Shown here: piece by piece, positions 60,863-64,000 of the stretch
How the letters are laid out: each line of letters begins with the position of its first letter
How positions within the stretch are numbered: position 1 is the stretch's first letter
DNA from: Peribolospora baueri
Taxonomy: Eukaryota
Assembly (NCBI GenBank): GCA_029717555.1
Contig: JAMDHS010000007.1
Span: forward strand, 62,001-126,000
Direction: 5' to 3'
Length of the DNA: 64,000 nucleotides
Notes under the pieces: model-generated
Told to the model about the DNA's origin: nothing
The model's database searches: none
What the model saw: the letters and a program-made list of their open reading frames with translations, nothing else
Made by a program: the position numbers and the translations under genes

Positions 60863-63400
60863 TCACGCGCCCTTGACGGCGGCAACGAAAGCCTTCATCT
60901 TTTCCACCTCCTTCTCCCCGTCTGCTCCTTCTACGCCGCTGCTCACGTCCACGACCGCCGGTTCGACCATCTCAATGGCCTTTGCGACGTTAGTGGCATC
61001 CAGGCCGCCGGCCAGGAAGATGGGTAACTTGCTCGACGCATTCGCAGATGACGTCCCCGCGGATGAGACTGGCGATTCACCGCTGGCGACGCGCCGAGCG
61101 ATGGACCAATCGAAAGCCTTCCCATGCCCCCCGGAATCGCCGCCGGCGACTTTGGCGTCTAGGAGGACGTGCTGGTGGTATCCTTCCCTTCGCACGTCGC
61201 GCAGCGCCTCCCTTCTCCGCACCTCCGCTCCATTTGCATCTGCCCCTTCGCCTTGCGAGGAGCCTACCTCCACACCGAAAACTTTCACCACCGGCACGGG
61301 AATCCAGCGAGCCCATTCGACCGGCTCCTGGGCCGGGTCGCCGTGGAGCTGGACAAGGTCAAGTCCGACCTGTTCGACGACATGGAGGATGTGCTCCAGC
61401 GGTTGATTGCGGAAAACGCCGACGACGAGCGGTCGTCGCGCGGAGCGAGCGCACGAAGCGAGCGTGAAGTGGTGGTGGGAAAACCAGTCAGCCTGATGGA
61501 CGACAGAGGTCGCCTTCGCGGGCGAATCCGAAGACGGGACAGAGCCGTCATGGGCCGGCGCCGACGAGGGCGCGGTACGCTGCCGGAGGGCTCGAACCAT
61601 CTCTCGTGCGACCGCGATCTTGACCTTGCGTTTGCTCTCAGCAAAGATGATGCCCACCAGATCCGCACCGGCTTCCGCGGCCGCCATGGCGGAGGCCTTG
61701 GAACGAAGGCCGCAGATCTTGACAAGCGGTCGAGACGGTGTGACACCGTTCGTCGTCGCAGAGGCGGGAGAGTCGAGGCCGAGAAGGCCATGGATGAAAG
61801 CGCCCTTATCGGTAGCTCTCATGAGTGCCTCGCCGACGAGGACGGCACCCACGCCTTGCTCTTGGTACCTCACCACATCCTCTCGCCCAGTGATGCCGCT
61901 GAGAGCGCACAGCACCGTGTCCCTTCCTTTGACCATGTCCGCGAGCCGGCTCGTCGTGCCCATGTCGACGTTGAAGTCGTGCAGGTTGCGGTTGTTCACG
62001 CCGATGGCTCGAGGGTTCAAAGCAAGAGCACGCGTCATCTCCTCCCGGTTGTTCACCTCCACCAGCGGCTCCATGCCGAGACTCTTGGCATAGGCGTAAA
62101 GCTCGTGAAGTTTTTCGTCCGAGAGCATGGCGACGATGAGCAGGACCGTGTCAGCGCCATAGAGACGTGCCTCGAGGATCTGGTACGTATCCACGATGAA
62201 ATCCTTTCGCAGCACAGCCGGACGATTAGGAAGGCGGGAGATGGCCTCGCGTGCCAGCCGCATGTCGTTGAGGCTGCCTTTGAACCACTTCGGCTCAGTC
62301 AAAACGCTGATCACGCTCGCTCCGCCGCGAGCGTACGCTAGTGCCTGAGATGCAGCATTGGCAGAAATGTCGATGTCGCCTTTGGAAGGGCTGGCTCGCT
62401 TGACTTCGGCCATGACGCCAGGCAGGCCGAGCTGCGCGGTGGCCCTGACTCGAGCAACAAAATCAACGAGCGGAGGGGCAACGTCTAAAGAGAGGAGAGC
62501 AGCCAAGTCTCGCGGAGAGCCCCCCGGGGCGGCCTTGGCTTCGGCGATGTCGACCAGTCGTTGGGTGTGGATCTTCTCCAGGATGGTGGGCAGGGCGGCT
62601 TTGCCAACGGTGCCGTTGGCAAGAGCGGTCTTACCGGCCTGAGCATTGCTCGGACCGGACAGACCCACCTGGGGGTTCTCGCTCCAAAGGCCGCCGCGGA
62701 GATTCAAAAAGTTACGCATCATATCCTTGCCGCCCTCACTGAGGATGCTTTCCGGGTGGTACTGCATGGCCTCGATAGTGAGCTGCTTGTGGCGGATGCC
62801 CATCACGACGCCGCTCTCTGTCGTGCTCGTGACGGCCAACTCGTCCGGCAGGCTGGGCAGCTGGGCGGCGAGGCTGTGATAGCGAGTGCCGACGATGCCC
62901 TGAGGTACGCCATAGTACAGGCCCTTGCCATCGTGCCGTACCTTGCTCGTCTTGCCGTGCAAGATCTCGCCGGCATAGGCCACCTCCCCGGTGAAAGCAG
63001 CGTATAGGCATTGCAAGCCCATGCAGACGCCCAAGATGGGTACCTTCCCAGCGAAGTGCTTGATCACGTCGATGGAAATGCCGGAGTCATGAAGGGGATG
63101 GCCGGGACCAGGGGAGATGACTATGTTCTTGGGCTGAAGGGAGATCAGCTGCTCGAGAGTGATGGCATCATTCCGATATACGTGGACATCGGCGCCGAGC
63201 TCGGAGAGGTACTGTGGTGCATATGAAGCCGTCAGCGTCCATCCGGGGCGGCCTGGAAGCAAGGCGGCCGATGGAAGATGACTCAGACGACGACTCACCT
63301 GGACGACGTTCCAAGTAAAGCTGTCGTAGTTGTCAATGAGCACCGTCTTGCTGGCCACGGGCGTTGGCGTGGTGGGTTGGGCGGGTACGACGTCGGCCAT
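60863..63400 (-). CDS. TRP1: Trifunctional tryptophan biosynthesis protein (TrpG glutamine amidotransferase-IGPS-PRAI)
   Basis: IDNYDSFT, SPGPG, GVCMG, QYHPES, AEVKRASPSKG, VKICG and DVSSGVE motifs. One in-frame 87-nt intron at 63212-63298. Confidence 0.97.
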   Translation of the reverse strand: MADVVPAQPTTPTPVASKTVLIDNYDSFTWNVVQVSRRLSHLPSAALLPGRPGWTLTASYAPQYLSELGADVHVYRNDAITLEQLISLQPKNIVISPGPGHPLHDSGISIDVIKHFAGKVPILGVCMGLQCLYAAFTGEVAYAGEILHGKTSKVRHDGKGLYYGVPQGIVGTRYHSLAAQLPSLPDELAVTSTTESGVVMGIRHKQLTIEAMQYHPESILSEGGKDMMRNFLNLRGGLWSENPQVGLSGPSNAQAGKTALANGTVGKAALPTILEKIHTQRLVDIAEAKAAPGGSPRDLAALLSLDVAPPLVDFVARVRATAQLGLPGVMAEVKRASPSKGDIDISANAASQALAYARGGASVISVLTEPKWFKGSLNDMRLAREAISRLPNRPAVLRKDFIVDTYQILEARLYGADTVLLIVAMLSDEKLHELYAYAKSLGMEPLVEVNNREEMTRALALNPRAIGVNNRNLHDFNVDMGTTSRLADMVKGRDTVLCALSGITGREDVVRYQEQGVGAVLVGEALMRATDKGAFIHGLLGLDSPASATTNGVTPSRPLVKICGLRSKASAMAAAEAGADLVGIIFAESKRKVKIAVAREMVRALRQRTAPSSAPAHDGSVPSSDSPAKATSVVHQADWFSHHHFTLASCARSARRPLVVGVFRNQPLEHILHVVEQVGLDLVQLHGDPAQEPVEWARWIPVPVVKVFGVEVGSSQGEGADANGAEVRRREALRDVRREGYHQHVLLDAKVAGGDSGGHGKAFDWSIARRVASGESPVSSAGTSSANASSKLPIFLAGGLDATNVAKAIEMVEPAVVDVSSGVEGADGEKEVEKMKAFVAAVKGA

Positions 63401-63604
63401 GGCGGACGGGGTAGGGAGACGGCAAGCTGGGAGCGATACGGAATAAGACAAACAAGGCGAGAACGATCACGACGAACCTACGCCCGGTTGCCGCAGCCAA
63501 GCCGCAGCAAGACGTCGGAAGCACTCCTACCGCAGTCTTTTGCAGTCGACCCATCGTGTCGGTCGACCGGCTCACGACTCCTGCAAACGCAGCCCACCAT
63601 CGAG

Positions 63605-64000
63605 ATGGCGACCTCTCTCGCGGCCCAGCTCGCCCAGATCGCCTCTCACGATGCGGCTCGGCTCTCTTCTTCCCGAGCTCTCACAGCGCGGGACTCCTAC
63701 CTCTTCCCCGCACGCGCCGCTGCTCAGCAGGACATTCACACCATCTATTCGCTTGGCCTCAACGGCTTCGAGGAGCTCGTGCTGCTCGACCCCGTCTTCT
63801 CCACCTGGCGCGCTGAGCTCTTCTCCGATGCTAGCAAGGAACGTGATAGGTTGCAGGAGGGGAAGGAGGAGAATGCTCAGCTGGACGCGAGCATCAGGAC
63901 TTTTCTCAGGAGGTTGGGCCCTCACCTCCTCACGCGGAGTGCCGCCAAGGCTCTCGAGTGGCTTATTAGACGATTCAGGTGAGCAGGTCTTTGAATTAGT
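63605..64000 (+). CDS. UTP10: U3 snoRNP protein Utp10/HEATR1, 5' part (continues beyond the window)
   Basis: MATSLAAQLAQI...SYLF...LGLNGFEEL...KALEWLIRRFR, followed by an intron donor GTGAGC near 63979. Confidence 0.93.

Noticed and set aside
59346..62341. 439-aa (59346-60665, minus) and 390-aa (61169-62341, plus) ORFs
   Set aside because: Antisense to the kinase and TRP1 respectively, with no independent motifs.
1..64000. CRISPR arrays, rRNA, tRNA, transposase or reverse-transcriptase ORFs, PKS/NRPS genes
   Set aside because: None recognised. The repeats seen are short coding or microsatellite repeats, and the cluster lacks a biosynthetic backbone enzyme, so it reads as catabolic.

Overview
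GC-rich, gene-dense fungal (very likely basidiomycete) chromosomal DNA with short GT-AG introns, so many ORF-track entries are exon pieces or antisense shadows. About 23 protein-coding genes can be assembled. The left two-thirds (1-44 kb) is mostly housekeeping: Rtc3/SBDS-like, eIF2-gamma, a PPR protein, Mus7/Mms22, a Tay1/Teb1-like double-Myb protein, an Srp1-like SR protein, a two-RRM protein, Rab5, a Tbf1/TRF-like telobox protein, ATP synthase subunit h, a GH16 glucanase, a VHS-GAT adaptor and Apc1. From about 44.3 to 60.4 kb lies a compact, mostly intronless eight-gene block that looks like an organic-acid catabolic cluster. It encodes a Jen1-type transporter, HpcH/HpaI aldolase, SSADH-type ALDH, SDR, glyoxylate/hydroxypyruvate reductase, TfdA/TauD dioxygenase, Zn2Cys6 regulator and glycerate-kinase-like protein. 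Every promoter region in the block carries a CCG-N8-CCG motif (consensus about CCGTCYTWWNNCCG). The window ends with trifunctional TRP1 and the start of UTP10. Family assignments come from recognising motifs by eye; no database searches were run, and some terminal exon boundaries are approximate.
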